The notes under the pieces: model-generated
The model's database searches: none
Told to the model about the DNA's origin: nothing
The model's input: the letters and a program-made list of their open reading frames with translations, nothing else
Translations under genes and position numbers: made by a program
Part shown: one piece after another, positions 14,196 through 28,100 of the stretch
How positions within the stretch are numbered: the first letter of the stretch is position 1
Layout: every line of letters starts with the position of its first letter
Source of the DNA: Fimicolochytrium jonesii
Taxonomy: Eukaryota
DNA length: 64,000 nt
Reading direction: 5' to 3'
Assembly: GCF_025526975.1 (NCBI RefSeq)
Contig: NW_026515672.1
Coordinates: 620,001-684,000, forward strand

Positions 14196-14209
14196 CAACC
14201 TCCGCAACC

Positions 14210-16458
14210 ATGGCTGCCTTCTGCCCAACTGACCCTAACAGTTATGCGAACACCCACGAGGTCGCCCTCTCACACACGCACCTCTCGTGGGCGGTCAACT
14301 TTGACACCAAGACCATCGATGCAATTGCGGTTCACACCCTTATCGCTCAGAAGGACGATGTGAAGAAGATTGTCCTCGACACTAACCACCTCACCGTCGA
14401 CAAAGTCTTTCTCGTCGGTGACGGTTCCGATACCGAGTTGTCCTCCGACCTCGCCCCGAGGGACGAGAAGTTCGGAGCTGCGTTCACCATTCACCTGAAG
14501 AAGCCCTTGTCTGCGAAGGAAACGGTCAAAGTTAGCCTCAAATACACCATTACCGAAAAGTCTGCCGCCCTGCAGTGGCTGACTCCCAGCCAGACCGTTG
14601 GAAAGCAGCACCCATACTTGTTCAGTCAATGCCAGGCGATCCACGCCCGAAGCATCGTCCCTATCCAGGACACCCCAGGCAACAAGATCACCTACTCAGC
14701 GGACGTCACCGTGCCCTCTCAGCTGAGGGCGCTCATGAGCGCCGTCAGGACTGGAGAGGACGTTGTCGGAGACCGCAAAAAGTTCTCTTTCTCGCAAAAA
14801 GTGTCCATCCCAAGTTACCTCATCGCCCTGGCTGTAGGAAACATCGAAGGAAAGCAGGTTGGACACAGGTCAACCGTTTGGTCGGAACCCGAAGTTCTGG
14901 AAGCTGCTGCATGGGAGTTCGCCGGAACTGAGGAATTCATCAAGACGGGCGAAGACTTGCTTTCCCCTTATGACTGGGGCATCTACGACCTGCTGCTGCT
15001 GCCTGCCTCTTTCCCCTACGGTGGAATGGAGAACCCCTGTCTCACATTCGTTACCCCGACTTTGCTTGCTGGAGATCGTTCCTTGGTGGATGTCGTTGCC
15101 CATGAGATCAGCCACAGCTGGATGGGAAACCTCGTTACGACACAGAACTGGGAGCACTTTTGTATGTACCCCGCGACGATGCATACGATGGGATACCGGC
15201 TGACCACCTACTCATTCACATATCAGGGCTTAACGAAGGTTTCACCGTATTCGTGGAGCGTAAGATTACCGGCCGGTTGCACGGCCGCCAAACTGCAGAG
15301 TTCCAGGCCATTATCGGTGTGAAGGCGTTGCAAGAGTCGCTCGACCATTTGGAAGAATCGGGCCACCCTGAATACACCTGCCTTTGCCCCAGGCTGAAGG
15401 GCCAAGACCCTGATGACGTGTAGGTCATCACGTTGAGAGAACGGGACCAAACGATTATTCAGCCATGCTGATGGTTTCCTGCTGCAGCTTCTCGTCCGTC
15501 CCATACGAGAAGGGATTCTCACTCCTGTACTATTTGGAAAAGACCCTGGGTGGACCTGAAGTCTTCGGTGAGTTGACTGACGTCCATATGGTTGTGTATG
15601 AACTACTTGCTAATTTTGGAAAACAGAGCCGTACCTCAAAGCACACGTCAGAAAGTTCGCACACAAGAGCATCAACACGACGGACTTCAAGAACTACCTC
15701 TACGAGTTCTTTGCTGACAAGAAGAGCATTCTGGATACAGTTGACTGGGACGCGTGGTTCTTCAAGCCCGGAAAGGTAGGTTGAGTTGTGGGATACGTAT
15801 ATCATTCGTGAAACAGACGCTCAATGACCTTTCTTGGATCTCTAGCCGCCGGTGTTGAACCAGTACGACGACACCCTAGCAAAAGCTTGCGAGGAGTTGG
15901 CTCAAGAGTAAGCTCGCACTGGCTGTACATGCGCGCCGTAGGTATCCGTCTCTAACACGTTTACTCTGCAGGTGGGACAAGAAGCGTGGCGACTCCAACC
16001 CCACCGTCGACCGTGCCTCTTTCGACAAGTTCAACGCGGGCCAGAAAAGTAAGTTTGAGATATGTTGGTATCAACGCGCGTAGACTCAATGATTGCCGCC
16101 CTTACTCTTCCTACCACCAGTCATGTTCCTCGAGAAACTCCTAGCAAAAGACCCCTTCCCCCACCCCGTCCTAGCAGCCATGCAAAAGACCTACGATCTC
16201 AACGACGTCGGCAACGCCGAGATCAAGTGCCGCTGGCTCTGGCTCTGCCTAAACGCCTCCTACGAGGAAGCCTTTCCCTTCGCAACGGTGTTCCTCGGCC
16301 AGGTCGGCCGCATGAAGTTTGTCCGTGTGCTCTATCGCGCGTTGAACAAGGCGGGTCCCAAGGGCGCTGCATTGGCTAAGGAGACGTTCCTGAAGAATAG
16401 GAACTTTTATCACCCGATTTGTGCGGGGATGGTTGCTAAGGATCTTGGCATCCAGTAG
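14210..16458 (+). CDS. LAP2: Leukotriene A4 hydrolase-like M1 leucine aminopeptidase, multi-exon
   Basis: DPNSYAN, YLFSQCQAIHARS, PSYLIALAVG, GGMEN, HEISH...WLNEGF, FSSVPYEKG, VGRMKFVR, YHPI. Confidence 0.95.
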
Positions 16459-16756
16459 AGTGGCCTCGCTGGTGTTGGACGGTTGTAGGCGTGACGGCGT
16501 AGGTCGGCTAGGATCTGATTGTGGTTACGTAGGCAAACCTAAACGACATGAAGTGTTTTCTCATATTGTGAATGAAAGTCGGATCTCATCCACCTCGTCC
16601 TGTCATGCATCACTTTCGCTGGCAGGGAACATGTGTGGGATATACACACATTGCGGTGTACTGCGCGGCGCGGAGGAGTGTTTATTTACAACCATTATTT
16701 CCTTCATGTATGCTACCAAAAAGCCTATCCCATCCCACCCCCGTCATGTCCCCGCA

Positions 16757-17700
16757 TCATTCCTTCTTCTCTACAGGCCGCCGTTCTCTTTCGCTGGTCT
16801 TCTTTCGATCAAGCTCTCGCGGAAAGCATTCCATCGGTACTATCGTCAACTGACGCCCAATTGACCCGAACATAATTGCTCCCGAAAACAGCATGCAAGG
16901 GAACCATGACCGCACGCCGAAGAAATCTGCTTTCGTGAAGCTGCTCCAGGTGAAACGGGATTAGCGGATAGGCAAATGTGCAAGACATGAGGAAATGACG
17001 AGTGCATACCTGTACATTCCATTTGAAACCAAAAATTGGGCAAACCACGTTCCCAGGATGGCGACGGTCGATGAGAGGAAGAAGCCGTGTGGACTTCGGT
17101 CAAACATCAGCCATAGCCAGATCGCTGACAAGGCCAGGACCATCGACACTTGTATACTGCTTGTCCATGGCAACTTCTGTAAAACCTGTCAGCGACAGTC
17201 GCTCTCGCTTTCCAGGACACCCGTAACGATAGCACCATACCGTCGCAGCGTAGTTTACTCCAATAAACCCCCCGCAACACCTAAGTTCACAAAACGTAAG
17301 CGCGACCGCCTCCCCAAAAATCGTGCATCCCTCGTCCGGCATACCTCATAACGCTCGACCAGTCCCTATTGTACTTATGTGGCCTCCCGAACAGGGCATA
17401 GTCCAACAGCGGATGCAGAGTCCCAATCAGTAGCGCCGAAGAACCGCAACACAGTGGAACCCAAGACGCCGTGGAAAAGAGCTGACTGACATTCCGCGGA
17501 TATCGAGTTATGTCGTGCTCCTGCAGGAACAGGTCGATTATGATGGAGAATGCGAACCCAAGAATGAATAGTGCGAGAGCTTTTGGGAGGTATAGCACAT
17601 ATGGTGACGTTGAGAGTTTGTGTTTCAGAGCGTCTGAGTGTGTGGGGGATTGCTGTGCGGGTGTTCGTTTTGCTGTTTGTGTGGTTGTTGGTGCGGCCAT
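16757..17700 (-). CDS. INSIG: INSIG-family sterol-regulatory ER membrane protein, 4 exons
   Basis: WVPLCCGSSA, DWSSVMR|CCGGFIGVNYA, WLMFDRS, DFFGVRSWFPCMLFSGAIMFGSIGRQL, all matching INSIG1/2 hallmark segments. Confidence 0.9.
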
Positions 17701-18592
17701 TATGCGTGAGAAAGTGCGCTAGCGCCTGTCAAATACGTCTTCCGCCCGCGAGTGAAGCAAGCACTAGCTAGATCTAGAGGAAGCCGACAACGTGTGTGAA
17801 AAGTAGTCGTGGACCAGCCAACGAGTTTGCAGTGGTCAAGGGAATAGCTCTTCACTCATGCCGCGCATGTCAATTGCTCGCGAGATCGCTTTCAAAGCGC
17901 TTGAAGCCTCGGCCGGGTGGGTGAGCTCACCCCGGGAGAGTCCGCCCCCAACACGCCCATCATTATGCAGTTCCCAGTACGGTATAACACCACCTGCGTG
18001 CGTCCCTCCCAGTAATAATCACATGTCAGGGGGAGAAGTGTCATTATTCCGAATTCGGACCTCGGGAAGCGGCACTGTCGAATTGCATGCAACTGACAGT
18101 TGGCCGCATGCGCAGCTGTCTGCAACATAAATGTGCTTTTTTTGTATTCCTGTACACGTGGATGTACGCGGACGCGGACGCGGCTTCGGCTGCTTGTCGG
18201 AAATCTCGGAGCCTCATCCAAAACACGTAGTCATCACTTACAAAAGTTGTGTCGGCAACTACGTGTCCTCGTCTCAGTCCACCAACCCACACCCGCAAAG
18301 CGGAACCAAAAAAAAGAAAAGAGGAAGGTTAGAGCGGCACTTGGTCAGGGTGTTCGGGTGTTCTCCGTGATGTATTCCGCCGTTGGTCTTTCGAAAAGCG
18401 GATCGATGCGAGAGCCACACATGCGCACTCGGGAAGTTTGTTCAAACAGGAAGAGGCGGCGTACGGCCCCGAACTCGTACATAAAATGGAAGGACCGTGT
18501 CTCGATCCCCCTTCCCAGAACCATACATCGTTCGCATACCCTTCAACCGCTGTGTAAAGCTCTATAAGCCAGTAGCCAAGAACGCCGCAACA

Positions 18593-20894
18593 ATGCACGA
18601 GATGATTGCAGTGCAACGCAACGAGGAGCATGCTCCAAACAAACCTGAACGGCAAGAAAGCCTCGGATCCAGCGGCGGATCCAGCGGCACCCATAAAATC
18701 GACATCGATGACTCTATCGGGGAGAGCACTGAGGATGTTGCGACGAACCGTTTCCCTTCGGGATCCTTGTCTTGGAACAATCTTAGGTACTCCCTGAAAG
18801 TAGGCAAGGATCAGGAACGAGTGCTTCTTGATGGAGTGTCCGGCGAGGTCAAAACCGGCGAACTGGTCGCAATCATGGGGTCGTCCGGAGCTGGTAAGAC
18901 CACTCTACTCAACTGGTATGTTTAGTGCCCCAATCTTGACACAGCTTTGGAGATGTTGAGTTGACCATCGCTCCATATGCCATATAGCCTATCAGGCCGC
19001 ATTTCCACCGGAAAGCTCAACGGTGATGTCGCTCTCAACGGCCGCCCGCGCAACCCAAAGCAATGGAAGAAGCTGATGGCATTCGTCGAGCAAGACGATC
19101 ACCTTTACTCTAACCTCACCGTCCGCGAAACGCTTCAGTTCGCCGCTCGGTTACGACTCAGTCCGCAGGAATACCCAACGATGGCGGAGAGAGATGCCGA
19201 AGCTGAGAAGGTCCTCAAGTCGCTACGGTTGACCAAGGCGGCGGATACGCATATTGGTGATGGGTTGACCAGGGGTGTCTCTGGTGGGGAGCGCAAACGA
19301 ACGGCAATCGGGCAGGAGATCGTTGGTATGTATCGTTTGCTGTTGTTCATAAGCGTGAATGAACTACCGCAAGTGAAGCGGGCGTGCTGAGATGGTTGAT
19401 AACATCGTTCGTATAGGAAATCCCCGTGTACTGTTCCTCGACGAACCCACATCGGGACTCGACTCAAATTCCGCCTTCGCCATCCTCGAGAACGTGAAGA
19501 AGGAGGCGATGCGCACTAACCGCATCGTCCTCCTGACGATCCATCAGCCCAGTTATGAGATCATGGAGCTGTTCTCAACCGTCATCTTCCTCGCCGAGGG
19601 CACCGTCGCGTACATGGGCTCACCGGAGAAAGCCCTCCTTCACTTCGAGGAGGTCGCGGGCTACAAGGTACGCTTCTATCTTCCTATCGATAGTTGATAA
19701 GGCAGGAATCCGAATGAACCGTCATTTTTCATTTTAGTGCCCTATCCGCAAGAATCCCGCTGATTTCTTCATGGACTGCTTGACTGTGAGACTCGATTAC
19801 CAAAAAGAAGACTCGGAGCGCGTAAAGAGGTTCAAGGCCTTCAGCGACACCAAGAGGTCGATCGATGTTGGGAAGAGAGACGACGTGGCAGTGCACTACA
19901 GCATCGACGCGCCCCAAATCGGTCTCCCCGTCAAACCCAAACAGACGGTCGTCGAAGACCTCAACGCGCCCAACTCATGGTTCACCCAGTTCTCCATCCT
20001 GCTCAAACGCGCCACCATCGATCGACGCCGCGACAAGACCCAGCTGATCGCCGAAATCGTCCGCACTGTCCTCATCACCGTCCTGATGGGCTTCTCCAGT
20101 CTGCAGCTCGCGAACGATCAGCGAGGCCTGCAGAACCGAATCGGTGTTCTGTTCGTGTACCCCGTCAACGCCATGTTCTCCATCATGCAGCCCATCCTCG
20201 GGACGTTCCCGCTCGAACGCATCATCCTCCGCCGAGAACGTGCGGCCGGATCGTACCAGGTCTCGGCGTTCTACCTCGCCAAGTTGTTGATTATCCTCCT
20301 TCCCACCTTCTTCTTTACGGTGCTTGGTACCGCACCGTTGTACTGGATCATCGGTCTGCAGAGCGACGTCGGCAAGTTCTTTACGTGGATCGGTGTCAAC
20401 CTCCTCGTCGTCACTTGCGCCGTCTCGATAGGGCTGCTTACCAGTGCTGCCGCGCCGACCGTAACCGCCGCTCAAGCCTTTGGCCCGCTCGTCGGGGTCG
20501 TCTTCATGTTGTTCGGTGGACAAGCATTCAACGTCGGTACCCTCGGCTGGTGGTTCAGATGGTTGCACTACGTCTCGCCCGTTGCTTGTAAGTATACGCT
20601 CACCATCCCATCCCCACCTCTCAAAACCCGCAAACTCACACAAACCCCCCCTTCTCTCCCACATCAGACGCCTACCGCGCGTTCGCAATCACCGAGTTCA
20701 CCGGCCTCGCCCTCACTTGCAATCCCGGCGAAATCTGTATCAACGACGGCGAGGAGGTCCTTCGCACGTACGATCTCGGCACCATCAGCGTTGCTCTCTG
20801 CGCCGTCATCCTCGCATCCCTTGCGACGTCGTGGATTCTTGGCGGATATGTCCTTCTGAGGAGGACGAGCAAACCGGCCAGAGTAGTCATTTGA
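18593..20894 (+). CDS. ABCG half-transporter (White family, NBD-TMD), multi-exon
   Basis: [60 protein letters not shown], followed by a six-TM region. Confidence 0.93.
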
Positions 20895-21257
20895 TGTTGA
20901 GACCCCGGTCTCATCGAAGTTATCATTAAGTTTTGGACGTACTTCCTTTTGACTCTTTCTTTACCGTGACAATTTTGCGTAGTCTCTTCTGAGATCGCTA
21001 TCATTGTAAATATGCATTATTTCCCCCTCATAGAGCTTTTATATGTACTCTTTTCTAATACATGAACGTTACAACCGATACACTGCTCCTCGGAATGGCA
21101 TTGTCTCGATTGGAGGTTTCCGCGCTTGAGTAAAAGTTATCATCTTTACACTGAAGAGTTACAGATACTAGATTACAAGAGAGAGCTCTATCTATGGACA
21201 ACGATAACAGAAATATTACATATACGGCGGGATTTACAAAAGAAAATACATAAGTTA

Positions 21258-22797
21258 TCAACGCCGGGAAGGATGCCCAGCACTCTCATGCGTCGATTTG
21301 CGCTTTTCGGGCGCCAAGGCCGCGCTACTGCTCCGCGACGTCGATGTAGTCGGGGAACTGCTACTGCCCTGGGTCGGGGTTTCAAAGCGGCGCGGTTTTG
21401 TCACCGGCTTCGACGCCACGTCTAGCTTCGCGAGGTTGGCTTTGGTAAGGCTGCTGCGAGACGAGTTCGCGTGCGTCATAGACATAGGCAGCGCTTCTGC
21501 CCGGGAGCGCCGTTGTTTTTGACTGGAGGGGTCTATAGGAAGGCGGGTTTTGGATTTTCGGCGTTTCTCCCGCACTTCGTCTATGGATTTCCGGCCGCTG
21601 GACGTTTGTTGCGTCCCTGCCGCCTTTTGCTGGCTCAGAATGGTCTGCTGCGACAGCTTATTGTAGTAGTCTATGGATTCTTCTGGCTTGTCGAATAAGA
21701 ATAGGCCGGTTGTTTTGTCTAGCGTTCCGGAATATGTGTTGTCGAAAGCGAAGAACGAGTGGCGGATGGATTGTCGGTTCTCTTCCGATGCAAGCGATCG
21801 AACGGAGGGGTTTTGCAGTTGCGAAAGTGAGGTGGTGCTGGAAGTAGGGGATACGACGGAGGGCCTTGTGGTGTGCGCACTGGTCGGTAACGGTGGCGCT
21901 GACGACTGCATCTGCTGTTGCAGTTCTTCCAGCTGTTCCGCAGTGAAGATCGTGGAGAGCCTGGCGGCCGTGACTCTAGAGTCTGGACCGTTATGCACGA
22001 TCGTCGGCATGGCAGGAACCGGGGGTAGATCGTGGAGATAGTCCGGCACGAACGAACTGGCGATACTAGCGCGAGACGACCGCCGGCTTCTGCGACCTGC
22101 GGAGCTGGCTCTAGACTGGTCGTCATGACTAGTGAGACTTCCACGTCGGCCATGTCCCCGTCCACGCTCTTCTGAAGCGGCGTCTCCCTGGTCTTCAAGG
22201 TCGGGAGACGCTCGCATATTCGATGCTCCGGTCACCCCGATCTCTGACGGCACAACTGCCGACAACTCCGGTCTCTGCCCAACAGTGCTCCTCCCTTGGA
22301 CGCCAGACGGCCCTCCTATGCGGGATTGCCGAGCAGTGGAACGGTCCGCCCCCTTCGCTTCCATCTCCACGGCAGATAGATTCAGCTTATCCTCCCAGTC
22401 GTCATCCTGCCGCTTCCGCAGATAGTGAAAGGGAAATATCTGCTTCATCCGTGCAATCCACAACAGCCCAGCGAGTACGAGAACACATCCAACCACGGCG
22501 CCGACTATCGTCAGCTGTGCAAAGAAACGTTCTATAAGTATCTATACCGCGAGGAGTGCAGACTGTGAATTGACTGTGAATTCCACATACCACTGAAGCC
22601 GCGCTGGGGCCTGAACCCCCTGCTTTTGCTGGCAAAGGCGTTGCCGTCGCTGTGGGCGGTGGCGAGTTGAAGACGTCCTGCGACACACACTGTCCGACCT
22701 CCACTGTGGCGCCCAGCCCGTCCTTAAGACACTTTGGCATGCCGGGAGTGGGTGCACAGTCATTGTCGCTCGTACATGGGGATCCTCGTTGAGACAT
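21258..22797 (-). CDS. Single-pass membrane protein: small Cys-rich N-terminus and long Ser/Arg-rich disordered tail, 2 exons
   Basis: Exon 1 MSQRGSPCTSDNDC...SAASV is joined through a GTATGT..CACAG intron to TM LTIVGAVVGCVLVLAGLLWIA and the 412-aa ORF. An additional upstream exon is not excluded. Confidence 0.65.
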
Positions 22798-23279
22798 GAC
22801 CGCGGTCCGTAACTCGTTCGGCAGTTCACAGGAAAAGGGCTCCGCTGCTCCGACGTGCGGTATCTGCGAGTTTGGGCGGGAGCGTTGTGGATATGCAGCG
22901 TGTGCTTGTGTGCTGGAGGGCCGGGATATCTCGCTTGGGGCCTTGGGCGTAAGGGTGTTCTCGCAACGCCTTCCTTCCCTCTCCCACTCGCCCTCACCGC
23001 TGCGGCCACTTTGTGTCGGATGGCGCCCCCCCCGCCGCCGGGATCATTCCAATCAGAGGAAAGCCACGCTATAATATACTGTACAATACACGCGTGCGCA
23101 GCTTAGCACTTTCGAGCGGCGCGCAGGCCCGAATGATTAGCGTTCGTAATCAACCGGGACAGTAACCATGCTCGCCGCGTTTAGAGAGAATTCCTCAGGC
23201 GATCAGTCCACTTTGACGATACTGTAGCGATACTGACAGTTGTTCGTCCGACGTACTTCAGGGCTGTCATATGTAGGGC

Positions 23280-23905
23280 ATGGCCTCAACTTATGTCGAG
23301 AACGGCAGAGCTCGCCCCGAGGTCAACGCCCTCGAGCTTCACGGAAAGTTCGCCATCACCATTGACGGTCTCTTCACCCCCGTTGAATGTAAGAACCTGA
23401 TCGACCTCTCTGAGAGGTCCGGAGCATACGAGCAAGCCCTCGTCAACGTGGCTATTGACAACAGGCTTCCATGCCAAATGTCCGAAACAACGATTGGATC
23501 AACGACGATAAAAAGTTGGCAGAAAGCTTTTTCGGACGTTTGCGGCCGTTCATCCCGGAAACCGTCCGAAATCTCCCTGTCTCGGGTTTGAACGAGCGTC
23601 TCAGGTTCTTGCGTTATGATCCGGGACAGTACTTTGCTCCCCACGAGGATGGACAGTTCAGGCGGGATGATGGTTCTGAGACGAGCTTCGTCACCGTTCA
23701 GATCTATCTGAATGACGAGGGGCTCTTCGGGGGCGAAACAAAGTTCATCGGGCGTGATAGAGATGTTAAAGTCTATCCGCGTACAGGACGAGTCTTGCTC
23801 TTTCAGCACGACATGCTGCATGAAGGATCGCGGGTCTCTTCGGGTCGAAAGTATGTCATACGCACCGATGTCATGTACTCTAGCGGTGCAAAGCCGATGG
23901 AGTAG
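23280..23905 (+). pseudogene. 2OG-Fe(II) oxygenase (prolyl 4-hydroxylase-like), split across two frames: pseudogene or micro-intron gene
   Basis: N-part FTPVECKNLIDLSE..YEQALVN; C-part GLNERLRFLRYDPGQYFAPHEDG, TVQIYLN, GGETKF, LLFQHDMLHEG, GRKYVIRTDVMY. Frame break plus TGA at 23448-23464. Confidence 0.7.
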
Positions 23906-25122
23906 CTTATATGTAGACAGGCGGACCTTTTTCGTTCTGACCTACGAGGTCGTTCAGCTTCGAAATAGGATCCCATCTTCGGACTGAGCGCGAATGGTGG
24001 AACAGCCGAACGCTCGCAGAACGCTCGAGCTGGCGAGGGAAGACTTCATCCGCACCATGCAAAATCATATCAGAGGATACGAAGATGCCGCGTCGGGAGG
24101 TTGGAAGAGGAGTGAGAAGGACAACACCTTCTGATTGGGCGACTGCTTGTCCACATATACACACTTCATGTTCACGTTCCGAACCTCATCGTCACCACGG
24201 TCATACCGTGTTCACTTGCGACGTCCTTGATCGGCTGCAGCAACAACCTGCTAATGCTCTACTGCCAGAAGGGCGCGATGCTTTCTCGAGAAAGGTGCCA
24301 GCACCGCATAGCGGTAGACGCCCAACCAAAGGACATCCGGGAACATGAAGCCCTTTCTGGCCGCAGGTGTATCAGCATGTTTCCAATCATTCCCCGAACA
24401 CCTTCGTCAAGGTGATCCCGCAATTTGAGTTACGTTCAGCACACCTCCATCATTCCCCCGAAGTGGCAGATGTTGATAGCGCTGTCTGCTTTGAACATAT
24501 CCAGGCCTTTCGGGATACAAAATTCCATCAGGGAGTTTTGTAACCGTCTCTACCCTATCGTTGAGTGTAGTCTTGAGAGAGAAATGGTAGGAAGAGACTA
24601 CTTCGCTGATTTTCTAGATCCATGCTTCATACTGTCACGGGAGCGTCAATGGGGTGAATCTGTAGCATAAGATGGCTGTCGAAGATCCCGCGTCTTCACG
24701 CAGTACATCAGCTCTTTGATCGTGCCGTGCTTGCCTCGCACCTTGTCGTGCTTTCAGTGGAACCAAAGACATCATATTTGTTGTCGGGTAGCATCATGGA
24801 GGCCTGCTTTTGGTGACTCCCTGGGTGCTCTATTCTGTCGAGACAGCTGTGCTCGCTTCCTTTTCGAGTCGGGGGACTGCCCAAGCGCTTACATAACGAT
24901 TTGTGCTGTCATTATCACCACCGTCAGACTCCTTTTCCTGCACAGTTAAGCTTATTTCCCAGCCAAGCCCAAAATGCAGCGAAGACGTTCGGCCCTTCAG
25001 GCCTTCAGTTTCCGCTGGCGCATATATCGACTTGGATACCTCACTCCCGCCTACTTCAACTAAAGTGAGAATTGAGAAAGCCCCTCCTTCTGTCCGTCAG
25101 GATAACACAAAATTGAGACGCC

Positions 25123-28100
25123 ATGCATGGACTGTTGCTTACTTTGCAGGTCGCACTTCTGGGACTGCTCGCGATATGGTTCCAAGTCACTTCACCGGTG
25201 CAGGGACTGCTCATACATAGACGTGGTGAGTTTATGTCTTCCCCATTCGCAAGGGAGATCCCTAATATTTGTTGCGGTCCTCCTCAAACTTCCACGTTCT
25301 CACCCTCTTCTTCCCAGACGACCTGCACGAGTCCTTCCACTCATTTCGTATAGTCCACGCGAGCACTTTGAACAGAAGGGCCAGCGATGATGGAAGCTCT
25401 ACATGGGAGATACGGCTGCACGCTGGCGGTGGCGAGATAATCATCGTTGACGTAACGCCGAACACCGACCTAGTACGCGATATCACATACGGGCATTTGA
25501 CAGACGATGAGGCTGCGGCTATCGACCATGACAATGTGCTTATAGGAATAGTGAAGGGGCAACCAGACTCTACTGTGAGACTGACGAAGATCAGGGACGG
25601 GCTCTATGAGGGACGCGTGGTTTACAGGCGGGTGAGGAAGAGCAGGCACGGCGCCGCTCAACCCGGGACGACACAAACGAGCGACGGGCCATCTGATACG
25701 GCGAGTGAGCCAACGGAGATTGCTGGGGAATGGCGGTCCCTCAACTTCGAAATCGTTCCTTCTGCGTCGGGAGGCGACGATGAATTTGATATGATCACGT
25801 ACAGCGATGATGATGTTACCGACCACTTCAATGGCACGGCTACCTGCGGGACTGTCGAGCCACCCGTAATGGGGTCTGTTCCGGACCCTTTCTTTCAGAA
25901 CTCGTACGCCGATCAGATGATATCATCAGCGAATCCGGACGATGGAACGGCGGAGACAGATTTCATCGACGAAGTTCGAGATGGGTGTGATGCTGAGGGT
26001 GGGAACTGCCATCCGGTGTCGTCCCTCCACAGACGAGCGGTGGTGTCCGGCAAAGGGAGAGACTGCCCCATTGCCGTGATTGCGGATTACAAATTTTATA
26101 GCACTTTTGGAGACGATTCGGAAATGGCCGTCCTATCGCTCTTCAACGAAGTTGACAGTATTTACTCCCAGACCGTTAACGTCCGTACGCCCGTGAGGTA
26201 CGTCAAGTGACTCTTGACGCTGATGCGAAAGACTTTGCGCCAAACTCATCACGCCAGAGTAGCTATATCTACGTAGTGAAGAACGTAACGGATGCATCTG
26301 GATTCGGAAAGCCCGCTGCCGATGCCGAGTCATTGCTTAGTCAGGTTAGAAGGAAGGATTGGATTGGCATTCCAGAGGCGTTCTGCAGCAATGCAATGTT
26401 GCTTAGCGGGGTCTCATATCTTTGATTGGTTTCAATGGGTTTTAGCTGGCTACGGCAGTTGCAGGTCGTAAAATACCGAAGCTACCGACCAACGTATGCT
26501 TGACCCATCTTTTGACTGTACAAGACTTCAATCCGACATTGGGCCTAGCATATGTAAGCGTGATAGCCTTGCTATCCGGTGATTGCAGATTACTAAGCCC
26601 TTCCTCTTTTGGCGGGAAAAGGTAGGCAAGCAGGGGATGGCCGGTGGCATTTGTTCAGGCGGCGGCTACAACACTGGCATCTCAACGCCCATGTACGGAA
26701 CCAAGCTCATCGCTCGCTCAACTTACATCACGACGGTGACGCACGAACTCGGCCACGGGATGGGATCAGCTCACGATACGCAGCACCCTACGCCTCCGGG
26801 AAACCCAGCGAGTTGCAACCCTGCACAGCCCTACATCATGTATCCTTCGGCTTCCACTTCCACCAACTGGAGGACGTTCTCCAATTGCTCACTGTACAGT
26901 ATCGGGGCAGCACTGAACTCTATTGCTAGTTGCTTCATAACCCGTAATTCATTAAAGGTGCGTCATGTCTTACTCGAACCCCATTCGTGCGCATGTAGCT
27001 GACCGTTTATGCGCGCAGGGCCTTGCTGAGAATAGTACCGCGGATGTATGGTACACAGAGAAGATCAAGTGTGAGTTCAGTGTGAACTCATAACATTGCA
27101 AGCGACGATTTGATGCTTCGCTCACAGCCCGTACGTTTCAGATGAAGACCAGTGTAAAGTTGCAACGGGCCTGGCGAACACGCCCTCCGGGGGATACTCT
27201 GATTGTCCTTTGGCCATGCCCACCTCCTACGCGTGCAATCTTGTCTGCGTGGTGAGTAGATTCGGCGCGCATGCGATTGATCGTGTCGTTATCGGAAATT
27301 AAGATGTGCTTTGTATCAATGTCACTTAGAATCCTTCGAACCCCACTCGGTGTCTTGTGTTCCCTGACGCCCAAGGCAGGCTTCGGAACAAGACGGACGG
27401 AAGTTTATGCGGGGCCTTCAACGACCAAACGCAGGTGTGCATGAAAGGACAGTGTGTCAAGGATATCAGAGCAAACGTCTGCGATCGGTGAGTGCCGTAG
27501 CTAACATTAGAGGTTCTAGTGGATGGGAGACGGTTTGTTCACGCATTTTTCATCTCTACAGACGAAAACCCTGCTGCAATCCCTACGGAGGTACGTACCG
27601 TCCACATTCTCGCCTCTTCCAAGTCTTTTGATCTGGAGCTAACATCGATTCCAAACTGCAGTTCTCCGGAACAGCACGTACCAGTGCAGCGATGGCTTCA
27701 CCTGTACGCAGCCGGCGTCCTGCACCGGCAAGTCGGCAGACTGTCCTATTGTTCTCAAACCTCAAGCGACAAGATGCAATCTCACGTCTATCGGATGTGG
27801 TACAACCAAAAGCACCAACGCTGATTGCGGGCGCTGCTCCAGTGATGGGAAATGCTTGGCTGTTAGTCAAGGTAAAGCATGATCTCTCTGCCTCTTGCGT
27901 CGAACTGACATGGGCGTGGATGCTGACTCATCTTCCAACCTCTCAGCAAGCGGAACGGAGGACGAAACGACCGATATCGGATCTGCAGCGACTGATCAAG
28001 GCTCCGGTCAAGCCGCAGCCCAGGCTCCGGACCCAGGGACTTCAGCACCTCCCGCAGCACCTCCCGCATCTAATGACGGGCCACTGGGAGGCGGAACCGC

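Noticed and set aside
23456..23458. TGA as selenocysteine or read-through codon
   Set aside because: Read-through alone would not fix the accompanying frameshift, and the position is not a catalytic Cys.
23906..25122. Short ORFs between the oxygenase and the ADAM gene
   Set aside because: No coherent exon chain, motif or terminal repeats.
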